Source: Trichoplax adhaerens (taxonomy: Eukaryota > Animalia > Placozoa). Taken from it: 64,000 bases of DNA. Positions within the stretch are counted from its first letter, which is position 1. Each line of letters starts with the position of its first letter. The position numbers were made by a program, and so were the translations under genes. The notes under the pieces were generated by a model. That model ran no database searches. It saw nothing but the letters and a program-made list of their open reading frames with translations, and was not told the DNA's origin. Positions 26,601 through 39,382 of this stretch are shown piece by piece. The stretch lies in contig NW_002060943.1 of assembly GCF_000150275.1 (NCBI RefSeq), positions 5,972,008 to 6,036,007 of the forward strand, written 5' to 3'.

Positions 26601-28500
26601 CATATTCTTACTCTTTTGTTATGACGTTTCAACTGTTCAGATTTATTATGGATAAGGACTAATAATGAAACTATATAGAGGACTGTAATTACAATAGTAA
26701 AGAATCTGCCATAGTAGTTATTTCGAATAATGCTTGCTTAATTTGCTTTAGCTTCTGATTACTTATGCGAGTAAAATGTTACGTACGAGAAACTTTTAAG
26801 ATATCTACAGTATGTTACAGCATACTTATTCCGATTTAAATCAATTCGTATACTAGATAATTTAAGCAGAAAATTTTATGCACAGTATATACGAGTATAT
26901 ACATTATGTAAATTTTGGATCAGATTTATTGATATAGCTACAATATCGTATAATATTCAAGAATCGCGTCGGTAGTAGTAAAATAGTATTCGTATAGATA
27001 ATCTTACCAAGTATTATTCACACATTATAGATTCAAGAGCTGTCCTTTTTGGAGAAAAAATTCGATCTGTATTCAATTCTATTGATAAAATTTCACAAAA
27101 GTACTTGGAAGTCGAGGAACATGCTATGAAGGAAAGAATCAAGTATGTAGTTGCAAATGCTATCGATAGACTTGTAGTGTAAAGTTATTACAATGATAGT
27201 ATTTCGTAACTTGCAAGCATGCAAGTATTTAAACGTTGATATCTATAGATTTGCTCAAGTAATTGATAATTTACAAGCGATGCTATCTTATTGACTTATT
27301 AACTGTACATTGCAGCTCTTATATTGCAAAACAGAAAGCAGAATACACTGCATTGAAGGTGCTGATAAAAAGCCATGAAGCCTCTCTGCGAAAGTGAGAA
27401 TTTAGTCATAGCTATTTCCTGAAAATTTATTAAGAGTTTTCTGTACAAACACTTACTAAACAAGTTCTTTACCGTAATTTTTCATTTTCATAGAGTTGTC
27501 ATTAATGCCACTGGTGAAGATATTGAAAGCAATATTTCAGATGCAATGTTAGAAGATGATGGCGATGAGTTACCAGTAGCTGATGATATAACCGAAGACA
27601 ATAGTCATAATCATCATAATATAGATAATATAGCCAATCGATCTCAATGGAAGCAAAAAAAGCCTTGGAATGATGACAAAACTAGTTCCTATTTATCTCA
27701 GATGTCGAGGGTAAGAACTTTTGAGATTTTAGTGACGGGTACGTTAGAATTTCTTATTTTACTATAAATTTCTACAGAGATCTGCCGGTCGTCAAAATAA
27801 TGTACCTGAAATGAATACTAGTGGTTACCAGGACGAAGATCGTATGTTCATTTTTAAGATATTGATAAATAAATTTAACTGTAAACTAATTTCATGAATT
27901 TATAACAACTGTAGCTGATGCATTGTTTGCAATGGATGAAGATGATACTACCATCGAAAAGCCTATGCAATGCGAATCGGATGATTTATCTAGCAACAGT
28001 AATAGCCATAGCGACGGTTTGTGGAGTCACTATAAAAGAGAGTTGTGATTTCAGAGAAATATTATGAAATTGAATCAGTAGCTTACTCATTCTATGTTCT
28101 TTTTTTACAGATAATAGTTTGTCCGAAGAAGTTGAAAATGTAGTTGTTGGGCTACCAGCTACTCGATTGCGTTCTATAAGCCGGCCTTGTGCGAATTCCT
28201 TGCCAATAAATATAGGTTTATTAGAACGCAGTCAGAAGAAGCCTATTGACATTGAAGTACGTAATAATGCAGTTATAGCTAAATATATTCTTAGTAACAT
28301 AGCAGTCACTTTTGAAATATGAAGGCGATAGTGACCAATTTATCTATTTTTAGCCGTTACCAGAAAGGCATGATAATATAGCCGAAAGTATGAAGGCTAT
28401 CGCAAATAGCATCAGTAAGAAAAGTACCGATATTTTTGGGGAATTACCACGAAATCGCGTCAATACCTTCAGCAAATACGACAAATACGATTATAAATAA
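23663..28500 (+). CDS. AKT1S1: PRAS40 / AKT1S1 (Drosophila Lobe-like) mTORC1 inhibitor
   Basis: Ten phase-consistent exons: 23663-23815, 25492-25626, 26057-26153, 27031-27142, 27316-27393, 27494-27710, 27778-27841, 27915-28016, 28111-28256, 28354-28500. It has the TOS motif FAMDE (human FVMDE), SLPINI (human SLPVSV) and the C-terminal block IAESMKAI...IFGELPRNRVNT with the Akt site RxRxxT (human IAASMRAL...VFGDLPRPRLNT). Confidence 0.9.
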
Positions 28501-29924
28501 AATATTTGAAAGTGAATATAAACTAATTCTTATTCTATTATGCAGCGTACTCTAGCAATTCTTTTGTTGATTTACACTTAGAGCATCAAATTAATGATAG
28601 CTTTAAATTTCGTCGATGAAGATTTGATGGATTGTACGTATGCACGGGTCACCATTTGATCAATAAATTCGTGATGGGATTTGACGGATTGTGTGCACAT
28701 AATGTAGATTGACAGAAATGTTCATGGATGGATAGAAATCATTTGATCATAATATTAGTATAATGTTATATGTGCTTTTTGCTACTTCTAATGGAAATAC
28801 TTGATGAAGATTATTATTTTAATTTAACCGTGTGACACTTCAGGCTTTGCTAGATATATCACAGTAGGTTGGTAACACAAATAAATACTCGATTTCATTG
28901 TGATTGTGGTAATTCCAGGATTTATCGAATTGTATGTGCTGTGATATTGCATATGTATGAAGCGTTTTATCTAATTTATATGTACGAACCTTGTGTAGAC
29001 CATGATGGGATTGCTATGTATGTTAATGCAATTTAGACAAGTTATGCATGAGCATGATAATCTAAAAGAATTTACGCAAACTTTGACAACTGCATTTTAT
29101 AAATGGAAAAATATTATCACAAATTAAATTAAATAAATCTAAATTATACTTCTGCACTTTTATGATTTATCCTGATAATACTGTTTGTGAGAAATAGTTC
29201 AGGAAACTAATTATCAAATTTGAATTAGCTCGTATCGGGTTTTCATGTTTCATAATATTTATACTCTATCTCCTGCATTCTGCTGTACCTAGTATACAGG
29301 ATTGCTTATCTGCATTAGTAACGTACTGTACTGTACGTGATTATACGATTGATGGTCAATCCGATACCAGTAGATGGTGTTATTGAATTAATGTACTTTA
29401 ATAATACTGTAGTTGCTAATCGTTTAGAGTAACAGTTTGAAATTTCGGAGACTGAGAAATAGTTAAATTTGGGATGCAGTATCGGACACTCTCCGAGATC
29501 TTTGTGCAACTATGTACAACGAGTCCTCGAGCTCGTATTGAGGCGTACAGCAAGTACGCGACAACACAACAATTACAATAGTGTGAAGAAAATAGAAATG
29601 AAGTATTGCGTGGCAGAATTAGCTTTCTCTTCATATTACTTATTCCGCATGTGAAACTATACTTCACGATTATACGCGTATGGAAGTCAAAGACGTCTCA
29701 ATCCATTGTTTCGTAGCTTTACTTCGCTGATGATTAGCTGTAAATTGTGAATTTGATTTTTCAATTCAATGTCTGTACAGACTATCAATGCAATAGTAAT
29801 AGTAATACGAAGTAAGAATGGTGATAAGATATCAGATCAATGTAAAGGTCTAGGTATGTATGCTAAATAACATTTAAGGTTTGTAAAATAGCTGTATGTT
29901 GTATATAGTGAACAGTCGATGTGC

Positions 29925-30125
29925 TAACTGTACTGCACATTATACTGTAGTACGATCATGGTGGTTGTGTAATACTGTACTGTATATTGTATAATGGACA
30001 CTTGTCCTGTACTGTACAATCCACTGAATCGCTCGATACTGTCCAGCACTCTGTACAGCTGTTACTGTACTGTACTATGCACTGTACACTGTACAGTATA
30101 CAGTACACTGTAACATACAGCACAT
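29925..30125. repeat. CAGTA/TACTG microsatellite cluster upstream of RPA43
   Basis: Dense tactgtac/tacagtac units ~230-430 bp before the ATG at 30353. Confidence 0.85.
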
Positions 30126-30352
30126 GCGTAGTTGTACTTTCGTTGCAAGTAGTGTCAGTCGCCTCTCCACGCTGAAGCAATCAATGCACCCATGGACAAA
30201 TTCTGCCATCGGTGTGCAAAGCTGAGCTAAAAGATAGAGCAATCCCAAGATCATATTCTTTGACTATCTAGACAGAAACATTTTTCGATTTATATGTTAG
30301 ATTACTGTGTGTAGCTGCTTCCCATTATCTCTTCGGTTAGTAGTAAGATAAA

Positions 30353-31428
30353 ATGGCTGACGAATGTGAGGAGACCAATGACTATCGAGTACATGCACCG
30401 GATTTTGGCGAAGCTAAAAAGTTATGCAATGGACAATATACTTGCCTTAATGTTCAGCAACGGGTAGAAGAGATTTTACTCCCGTATCGCTTTTTAAGTA
30501 ATGTTTACGATGGTATTACAGCTACATTGAAAGAGAAGAATTTAGTTTACTGCCATCAATTAGCAGGTGTAGTATTAGCATTTGGTAATGTCCATTTGTT
30601 GCAAGATCAAGCTAAAGTCGTGGATGAATTACCTGTGTTGGTGGTCAAAGTTCAAGTTGAGTATGTCGTTTTCAAGCCTACCGTAGGCAGTACATTGATT
30701 GGAGTTGTAACTAGGATTGGTGCCGATTATTTTGGTTTGTTGGTACATCAATGTATTAATGCCTCTATTCATCTTAAAAAGAAAAAGTTGATCGGCTTGC
30801 AACTGCAAGTAGGTAAAAATGTAGCATTTTTAGTCAAAACTGTTTATACTGAAGATGGACTCTTATCCATTGGTGGCAAGCTCCATCAAAGGTGATGTCA
30901 ATAGTTCATAAATCATAGCTGTTGATTATAACTTAGTTTGATTAAGACCAATAAAAGAGATTTTCTCTTGTGGTCTATACACTTTGATCAAAAATTAGCA
31001 CTTCAGTCTACATCAAAATGGGTGATGTTGTAGTTCTCGCTTGCTACAGTGTCAACAATTGAAGGATTGTAATGTACTCTAATTTCAGGCCTATTTCTCT
31101 TGAAATGCAATAGTTGTAGCAATTTCTCATACAGTAGTATCTCTACTTTGTAGGATATAACCGTTTCAATTCCTGCTTCTATGATATATAACAATACTAA
31201 TGGGCTTATCCTTTCTATCTTAGTCATAAGACGGGAAGTATTCCTAATGAAGGAAATGTTCGAGATACTAAGGGAAAGACGACTGATTCCCCTTCGGAAA
31301 TCATCATTTCTAATGGCGGTAATGACGATAACAGAAACAACGGCAGTTTAAAGAGAAAGAAGGATAAGAAAAAAGATCAAGCTGGAAAGAAAGCTAAAAA
31401 GAAAATGAAGCTTGATAAGTCTAAGTAA
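30353..31428 (+). CDS. POLR1F: RNA polymerase I subunit RPA43 (TWISTNB)
   Basis: Exons 30353-30891 and 31224-31428. Rpb7/RPA43-type N-domain (GVVLAF.NV; VVFKPTVGSTLIGVV; GLLVH..INASI) followed by a Lys-rich tail KRKKDKKKDQAGKKAKKKMK typical of metazoan RPA43. Confidence 0.88.
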
Positions 31429-32224
31429 TAAAGAATAATAACACCACACTAACCAATAGCACCGATTATAACATTTTATATCGGTTCTATTTACGTTCAA
31501 TATGAAATATGCGCTGTACAATTTATGCGAAAGTGGCTATCGAACATACTTTGGGATACAACTTATTACACTGTTATATATGTATATGAATAATTGCAAA
31601 TTAATCAGATATAAAACTATCGGACGTTAGAAAGAATCTAGAATCACAGTACAAGATCAGTCGATGATGTAAATATGGATTTTATTAAATTATCCTGTCA
31701 TACACGTGTAATATAATAAACATATTCCTGTTAAGCTTTGTTGTGTGTCAGTGAGCTATTACCACATTTTCTAGATCATTAAAGGATTGCCAGTGATATA
31801 CAGTTACAGTAGTACAAAATAGTTGCGAATCTAAATGAAATATAATTTATTTTATAGTTATAATTCCGGTTGAACTCGAGTTATATATAATACTGGTACT
31901 AATGAGGCAGTTAATACGAATGATGTTATTTACGTTTTCATAAAATTTAAAATATTAACTTGATATCATTCACGCTTTCATTGAAAAATATTCAATATAC
32001 AGTAGTTTTGTCCAGTTCTATAGTACAGTTCTGCACATTTTAATAGTAATATAATAAGCTAAGGAAAGTCATCCAGAATTATATAACCATACTTAACCAG
32101 GCAGACATGAATACAAAGGATCTAATGACAGACTTAACAGTCATGATTTACGGCCAAAAAGGCAAGGAGATACGCATATCTTCAGATTATCTTCTAGATT
32201 AGATAATTTGTATTTTCCATATCA

Positions 32225-35200
32225 TTAATTTTTGCCAGTTAGTTTCAGCTTTTTAACTTGCACACCTTTGACAACTTTTCTTGTTGGTTTTTTTGCATCC
32301 TGTAAAGACTTTTCTTCACCTGTTTCTGTTGTAGTAGTCTTTTTCGATGATTTTTTCGCATCCGGTGTCGACATTTCTTCACTAGCTATAGCAGCATCTA
32401 ATGCCTTTGCCGTGAAGTTTTTAGATCGGGAACCCATACATAAATTTTCCTTAGAAAACATGATCTTGTAGGAGCCCAAGTCACCGTCAAAGCGATTTTT
32501 TAATACCTAGACACAACGTCATTCCATTGTATTAAATCTAATCTATTATATATTACCTTTCATTGAGAGGGAAGATATACACAACTATAGTTTTTACACA
32601 TTCTGAAAATATCGTGCTGTTTAACCTGTATTGATTTTCCTTTGTATCGAATATTTTGTAAGATCATGACGTTATCAGCTTCCTGACTGGCTTTCGCTGA
32701 TCCACCGATGGACGCCATTTGCAAATCTGTGTCGTCATTTTCCTAGTAGTTATTGAGTACATATTCTTACTATTCGCAATTCAACTAAATGTAATTCCAG
32801 ATATTCTAGATGAATACATATGAAACATATAATAACTAGCTAATGGTACCTTACGCGGATGAACTACTAGAGTTACATGCACATTTTTTTCCGAGGCAAA
32901 TCTTCGGAACAAACTTAAGGCTAAATTTTGTTGTCTGAATGCGAAGTCATCTCTATGGAATAACATTATCTTATAGTTAGTTCATTTCACAATATCAAAT
33001 TCCAGTATAATAATAAAATTATACTCGTTGATCTAAGAATTTTAATCACAACATACCTGGTATCAACATTCAGTAAAAACTGTAAGTTATCTACTATAAT
33101 ATGTTCAATGTCGAAGATATAAGCGGCGTGCTCCATAGTCTATGTGATAAAATCGTAAAGTCATTTCGAATGCATGATAGTGATAATATTCTGTCATCAT
33201 CCACTTACTTGAATGACGCGCTTAATATCCTGGGAGCCGTAGAAATGCATGAAATACAGCGGTAATTTTTCAAACTGTGTAGCGTACTTTTCGAACTTAC
33301 CTAATTTGTTTTTTTCCTCGAAATTTATACTGCGTATTTATATTTTAAAAGAGAGATAAAATAACTTGTTAAAATCTTAACTCTCTAACGGTATTCGGCG
33401 TTTACAGTCATGTTGTTACCCTGAAAACTGCCGCATCATGGTCTTCATAATCCGTACATTACGAATTTCGAAACTTCCAAATAATGTATTGACCTATAAG
33501 CAAGTCATAAATACAGTATATTTAATAACATGGACACAAGTAATTGATTTATTTGTAATGACTATTAATTATTACAATACCCCTTGATTGCACAGGTCTA
33601 TTGAAATCTCGCTGATAAAAGTAGTTTTACCAGAACCAGTAGGCCCAGTAAAAATTGTCATTTCCCCTCTTCTATGGCCTTTCAGGATTTTCGTTAGTTC
33701 AGGATGGCGCTGCCACTGTTATGAGAGAATATAATGTACTTTTATTACTTGCTACTGTATCAATTAGATATCGATGCATTACTTATTTCCAAGGACAACA
33801 CCTATGTGAGATATACAGTGTAGTAGCTACTGTGCTAAAAGTTAAATGCAATCGTAATCTAGATAATGATGCAAGATATAACTACACAACTTACTGGTAC
33901 ACCGATAATTTGTTCCCTATTAGCGAATTCATTATATACATCTTGTCTTAACTATAATTCAAGAAATGCCTCATTAAATACAGAGATTATAATATTTCAT
34001 TCGCTTGGGTAATAAAAATGCTGTATAATGTACAATTTCGATACAATATCGATACTAACATCAGTAAAGGTCACAATTCGATTATGTGCTACGACATGAG
34101 CGGAATTTAAAACTTTCTTCAAGTCCACTCCCTAGTATGTAAGAATGAAGGTATATTAATATTCTAAGAAATCAGTTGAATTGTGAAGATGCAAAAATAC
34201 CTCTTACCCGATTTAAAGCTTCCAATGCTGTCGGAAATTCACCTTTTAAGGTAGATCTGTTATATAACACAAACTACAGGTAAGACATGAGTCTAACTTG
34301 TACTTTATTTAGAGCGATGAATTAGCTGACGTACGGTAAAAAATAGCAACGTTCTCTTTGCAATTTATTGGCAAATTGCAATTCCATACGTTTATCTTTG
34401 ACCGAATTGCCAAGCCAAATAGTAATACGCTTAAATTGTTCGAATAGTGGAACAAGATCAACAGGTAGAAGAACGTTTCCGTTAGGTAAGGATACCGCCG
34501 GTACTCCAGTGCCTTGATTAATGGCCATGGCATCAAATTCATTTGCAGTTAATACCACCTAAGAATTAGTTTCATTATCGTCAGTATTTAGGAAACGCGA
34601 CTCAACAAAGCTACTCAAAGCTACTATACACTGATGATGTAACTAAATATTACTTCGTCATTCTCTTTTTGTATATTATCATAGCCAAAGAGTCCAACAG
34701 TAGAAGTTCTAGAGATTTAATGTTTTAGAGTGAGACTAATACAGTTTACTTTAGAAAGCTGGTACAAATTATGTAAAATGTTATTATCGGGTTAATAGCT
34801 ACTTTGCAAGAGTCTCCAAAGACGAAACGTCTGTCCTTTCAGGTAGTAACACTTTAATTCCACATACTGTATTAGAAAAGTCAAACCAGGGACAAAGGAA
34901 GTAATATTGTTCTTCATCCGCTGATGATAGCTTCAAGATTTCCATGTAACAAATTAGAGCGATAAAGACTGCATGATCATCACGCTTACAGCACCTCATA
35001 CGGATCATTATAGCTTATTAGTGATGGCAAATACCTTCAATTTTTTGACTCGAAGCTGAAATTTCTTGCAGTAATCTTCTTGTAGGCTCTAATAGTGTAA
35101 TAAAATAACATTCATTCGATACCTTCAATGCGTACATTATAACTATATTGCCCAAGTCGACCTGAATGCCGTATTTCTTGACTATTTGCTCCTTAATATC

Positions 35201-36277
35201 CTTTTCACACTCCTCAAACGGAGTACAGGTCTCCCATTCTGATGTCATATCCTCTGTTTTACTGACTTTTACTTCACTTTCATTAACCTTTTTTTTTCCG
35301 CTATACCAATCTACAATTATAATTATGAATGATAGAACAATTTATTTGTCACCAATTGATCGCCAAATAATTAATGCGTGAATCATGGATACATCTAAGC
35401 GTGCAATAGTCTAAAATATTCATTTAGATGAACCTCTAGTATCTTGCCATTCGCCTCTTTTTTCGCATCTCTTGCATATTAACGAACCAGTTACTTTGTT
35501 AATATATACGCATTTTTCGTTGCTGCCAGCATGCTCACATACTTTAGGACAAGTTGTAATGATGGTAGCGTGGCCTTTATCATATGGTACCTTATATTTA
35601 GTAAGGATATCCACTACACTATCTTTATTAGGAATATTTTTGGTTGAAAAGGAGATCTGATGTTGGTAACGTTTCTGTTGTGCATTTGCATGACCTCTTG
35701 AGGCAAATTCATCCGTTGTATTTCCAGCTCTCACTTTATGATTTGCTTGTATACGAATCCATAGGTCTACCATTGCAGATAAAACAGGATTGATTGTTGA
35801 ATATTTAAAATACTAAATGTAAGGAAACTTAATCGAAAATTTGACTATGAGACGAAGATGTGCATGCATATAGGCGTGCATTTTTACTATCGATAGTACT
35901 GAATGTAGATTGAACAAGTTCGTACGAAGTAGAGGGCAGCTAGGACTGGAAAAGCAGCACAGCATGGCAGATACAGTACTGTATGCACGAGTGCAGTACA
36001 GTATTTTAATATGATAGACCAGAAAGAGCATAGTAGAGTATTTATAATGAGTGCAATCATGTTGCATTGATGACTGATTTACGTGATACTTTACGTAAAG
36101 ATGAAAGGATGCAGCTCATAAATAGCAGTGGATTATATCACTAATTTAGTGTTGATTACCGATGGGTCGATTTTCACACTTACTTCGTTGAAGAGGAGCC
36201 ATAAGGTAGCTGTTGCCAACCCAACGTAGCTGGAATCTCCGTAACACGAGCAATGCTGCTCCAGCTTTTGCTCTCAT
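32225..36277 (-). CDS. TWNK: Mitochondrial replicative helicase Twinkle (T7 gp4-like primase-helicase)
   Basis: Many short exons. The first exon (36277-36184) encodes the presequence-like [19 protein letters not shown]. Downstream are the Walker A region [56 protein letters not shown] and the primase-like segment [12 protein letters not shown]. Confidence 0.95.
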
Positions 36278-36524
36278 TTGACTTACTTTTAGGCGTATTT
36301 AGGCGATGCAGCAATTACTTACTCCGCTCAATCGATGGCACAACAATATTTCTGAGATAAATTGAAGTAGTTATTTTTTACAGAAGGCTACAACAAATGC
36401 AATTCTAATCATAGAGCAGTAAAAGTACTATGTTTATTTCCAGCATGACAGGATTGATCTTGCCTTGATACTCGTAGTACTAGTAGCGTAATGTGGGTCC
36501 GGTACGTTAAGACCGGTAGCAAAT

Positions 36525-37095
36525 CCTGTACAGTACATTGTATGCAGTATACAGTACTGTAGACTGTAGCAGGACTGGACTGTACACTGTACTGCACTTC
36601 TTCCTTTCCGCGAGACTGCGGCTAGGATTTATTTAGGCTAAAACAGCGACATCTGTAAACCGAAAAGTCCATGGACTAAACTTGACAACTTTAGAAAGAG
36701 TTCCAGTCATACATATAGCATAATAAACTATCATAACGTCCGTAGATTATATCACGTACGTGTAATAGACTGTACATTGACGATACAGATGTGCCACTTG
36801 TCATTACAGTACTACCTGTTACCGTATAAGTACGCTCAGTCTACGATATTATTCAGCCCTGAGCTCTCCTCTCCTCACTCACAGTCTTCTTGCCTCCTCT
36901 CTTTCTATTAAAATACAAATAAAATGAGAGTAGATATCCCTCATCCTGCACATTTGTAATATTACATTACTGTACAGTAGAGTACACTATTCGCACTGTA
37001 CAATATACTGCACTATGCCGTAAGTACACAGTATTATACTGTAGTGTATGTTCACGAGTGCAATGTACAGTAAGAGCGCGTGCTACATTGTGTAC
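36525..37095. repeat. CAGTA/TACTG microsatellite clusters upstream of Twinkle
   Basis: Units at ~36525-36600 and ~36965-37095, with a smaller patch at ~37585-37685. Confidence 0.8.
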
Positions 37096-39382
37096 AGAAC
37101 TCTAATATGAACCATTTTCAAAGAGTAGGTTTGGCTGAAAATGGTAAACATTTTGGGGTTTACTTTGGTTTGATTTCAAATTTATAGTGTTGGCTCAGCT
37201 GGCTTTCGGTATTGAATTCGTAAAGGTTTCAGACCTAAACCAGACCGAGATTAGGTGTATATAATTACTGATAAAATACGTAAGAAAGAATAGTATGTAC
37301 TGTATTCTTGACGACAAGCACAGTCCAGCCAAGCAGACTCATTAATTACAATTGCCATAACAACAATTATTGTACGTATCTACGATCATGCTGTTATTGA
37401 CAGTACCGTTACATGATTTGAGGCTACAGTTGGTGAAAAAGGAAAACGCTAATCTATCGACTTTCATTTATTTCCAGTAATACAGTACTATTGCTGGAAA
37501 GCAGGAAACCTTGATACTAGTCGATCTTGCACATCCGGTTGTGCTTTGCAAGGGATCAACATTAATATATGACTCCCCTACATGACATGTACAGTACAGT
37601 AGATTCGTATTTCATGGACGCACATACTGTACAGTATGTACTGTATACTGTATATATGACATACTGTATACAGTACAGTACATGCAATCAACGAGTTATT
37701 TATTGATATCGATACAGCCGATTTTATACGTATGATAGACGGGAGTCGTACATTGGTGTTGATCCTTTGCAAGTAGTAATAACTTGTGTTTTATATTCCC
37801 TGTAGTATGGATTATTAAAAAATGCTGACTTGATGAACGCTTATTATCAAAGGAAATCTGCTCCCGCTGTACGAGGATGCAGCATACAGGATAATCATTC
37901 TATACTCTCGCAGTCAACTACTGTCCTACAAGTAGTTGTTGTTGGTCTGTAACTGCGCCATAAGCACTTTTCTTTTTACAACAGCTATGCAGCATGATCG
38001 ATTGTCGCCAATTTGTAGGCCATCCTCCCTTATTGTATAGCTGCGGTGTAATACTGCAATAGCAACGCTGGTAGAGATCGTTATGCACTGATCTCTGTCA
38101 TCGTATTATTCTAGACCAAAAGCTGTCAGTCACATTAGATATCATTGTCATCAGAAACAAAGAAATCTGTTAGATTAAAACAACCAAACAATGCCTTATC
38201 ATGCATAATTAATCAAAAAAGTATTCAATCTTTTTACTAATGGCGATATCTATAGTACTCGATCACGACTATCGCAATTGAATAGTCTGCTATCAAGTCT
38301 ACAAAAATACAGGATGAGACTGTAAATCGTTGATTCCATCGATAGGGTATACTGTACTGTACTGCAGTTATCAAAAACGCCAAATAGCGTGCGACTCAAT
38401 TTGGATTGTAGAGTAGTTATAATTATTAGTAACAGTTTATTACTGTAATTGGATTGAATATTCACTCCTAATTAGTTTATTTATTATGAAATAACCTCGA
38501 CGCATGGACAGCGACCAATGTAGGAATGAAATTTTTCCTTCAGACTATATTCTACTATCAACTAAAGTTCTAAATAGGTGGTAACGGTGAATGAAATCAA
38601 GCTTGTAGACTCGATGAATACCAAGACAGACGACGTTACTCCTTTTCGTCAACTGATTGCTTTCATAGTTTTCTAATACTAAAGTCGAACAATATTGCCA
38701 AGTATTGTGGTAGCTATCAGAATAGTAGTAATAGATCAACAAATTTCACTATTGACGCTATTAGCACAATTAAAAGCGGTTTTAAGCTGTTTATTTTCCT
38801 ACTAAGCGTATCGAAAAATTGGGAGATAATCCTTTGTGCTATCAACTACACTATAACTATTGTAGTAGGTCGAGACGACAGTAACGAATGGACTAGGAAG
38901 CCCACTATCCTACAACATTAAAAATTATAAATTTCATCCATCGTCTTGCAAGAAACGTAGTATCTCCTACAAGTTGTTAGTATTACTTGGTTGCTTTTCA
39001 AATTTTTGACTTTAAACACTAAATCTTGACTTCAGACGGAGATCGAAAAAGGAGAAGAAAACAACCTACGTACTGTACTTACCAACCATCCAAATTATAA
39101 CGCTTTACTTCTATAGTATACTTTTCTTTGTTGAATTGGCTACATGTAGGTGTAAGTGTATGTATAGTCTATGAGCATACGGTATAACAAATAGGACAGC
39201 AGTGATTGGAATTAGCACACGCGAATTTTACAAGAATACTAACAACTACGTAGAATTGATTCTAAATCATTGAAGGAAATTAATATTATTATTATTATTA
39301 CAGTCTTTACTACTTGAATACACACTACATTAGCGTAAGGAACGAATTAAACTTGGCGTATTTTCTCTCCATTGAATACAAC

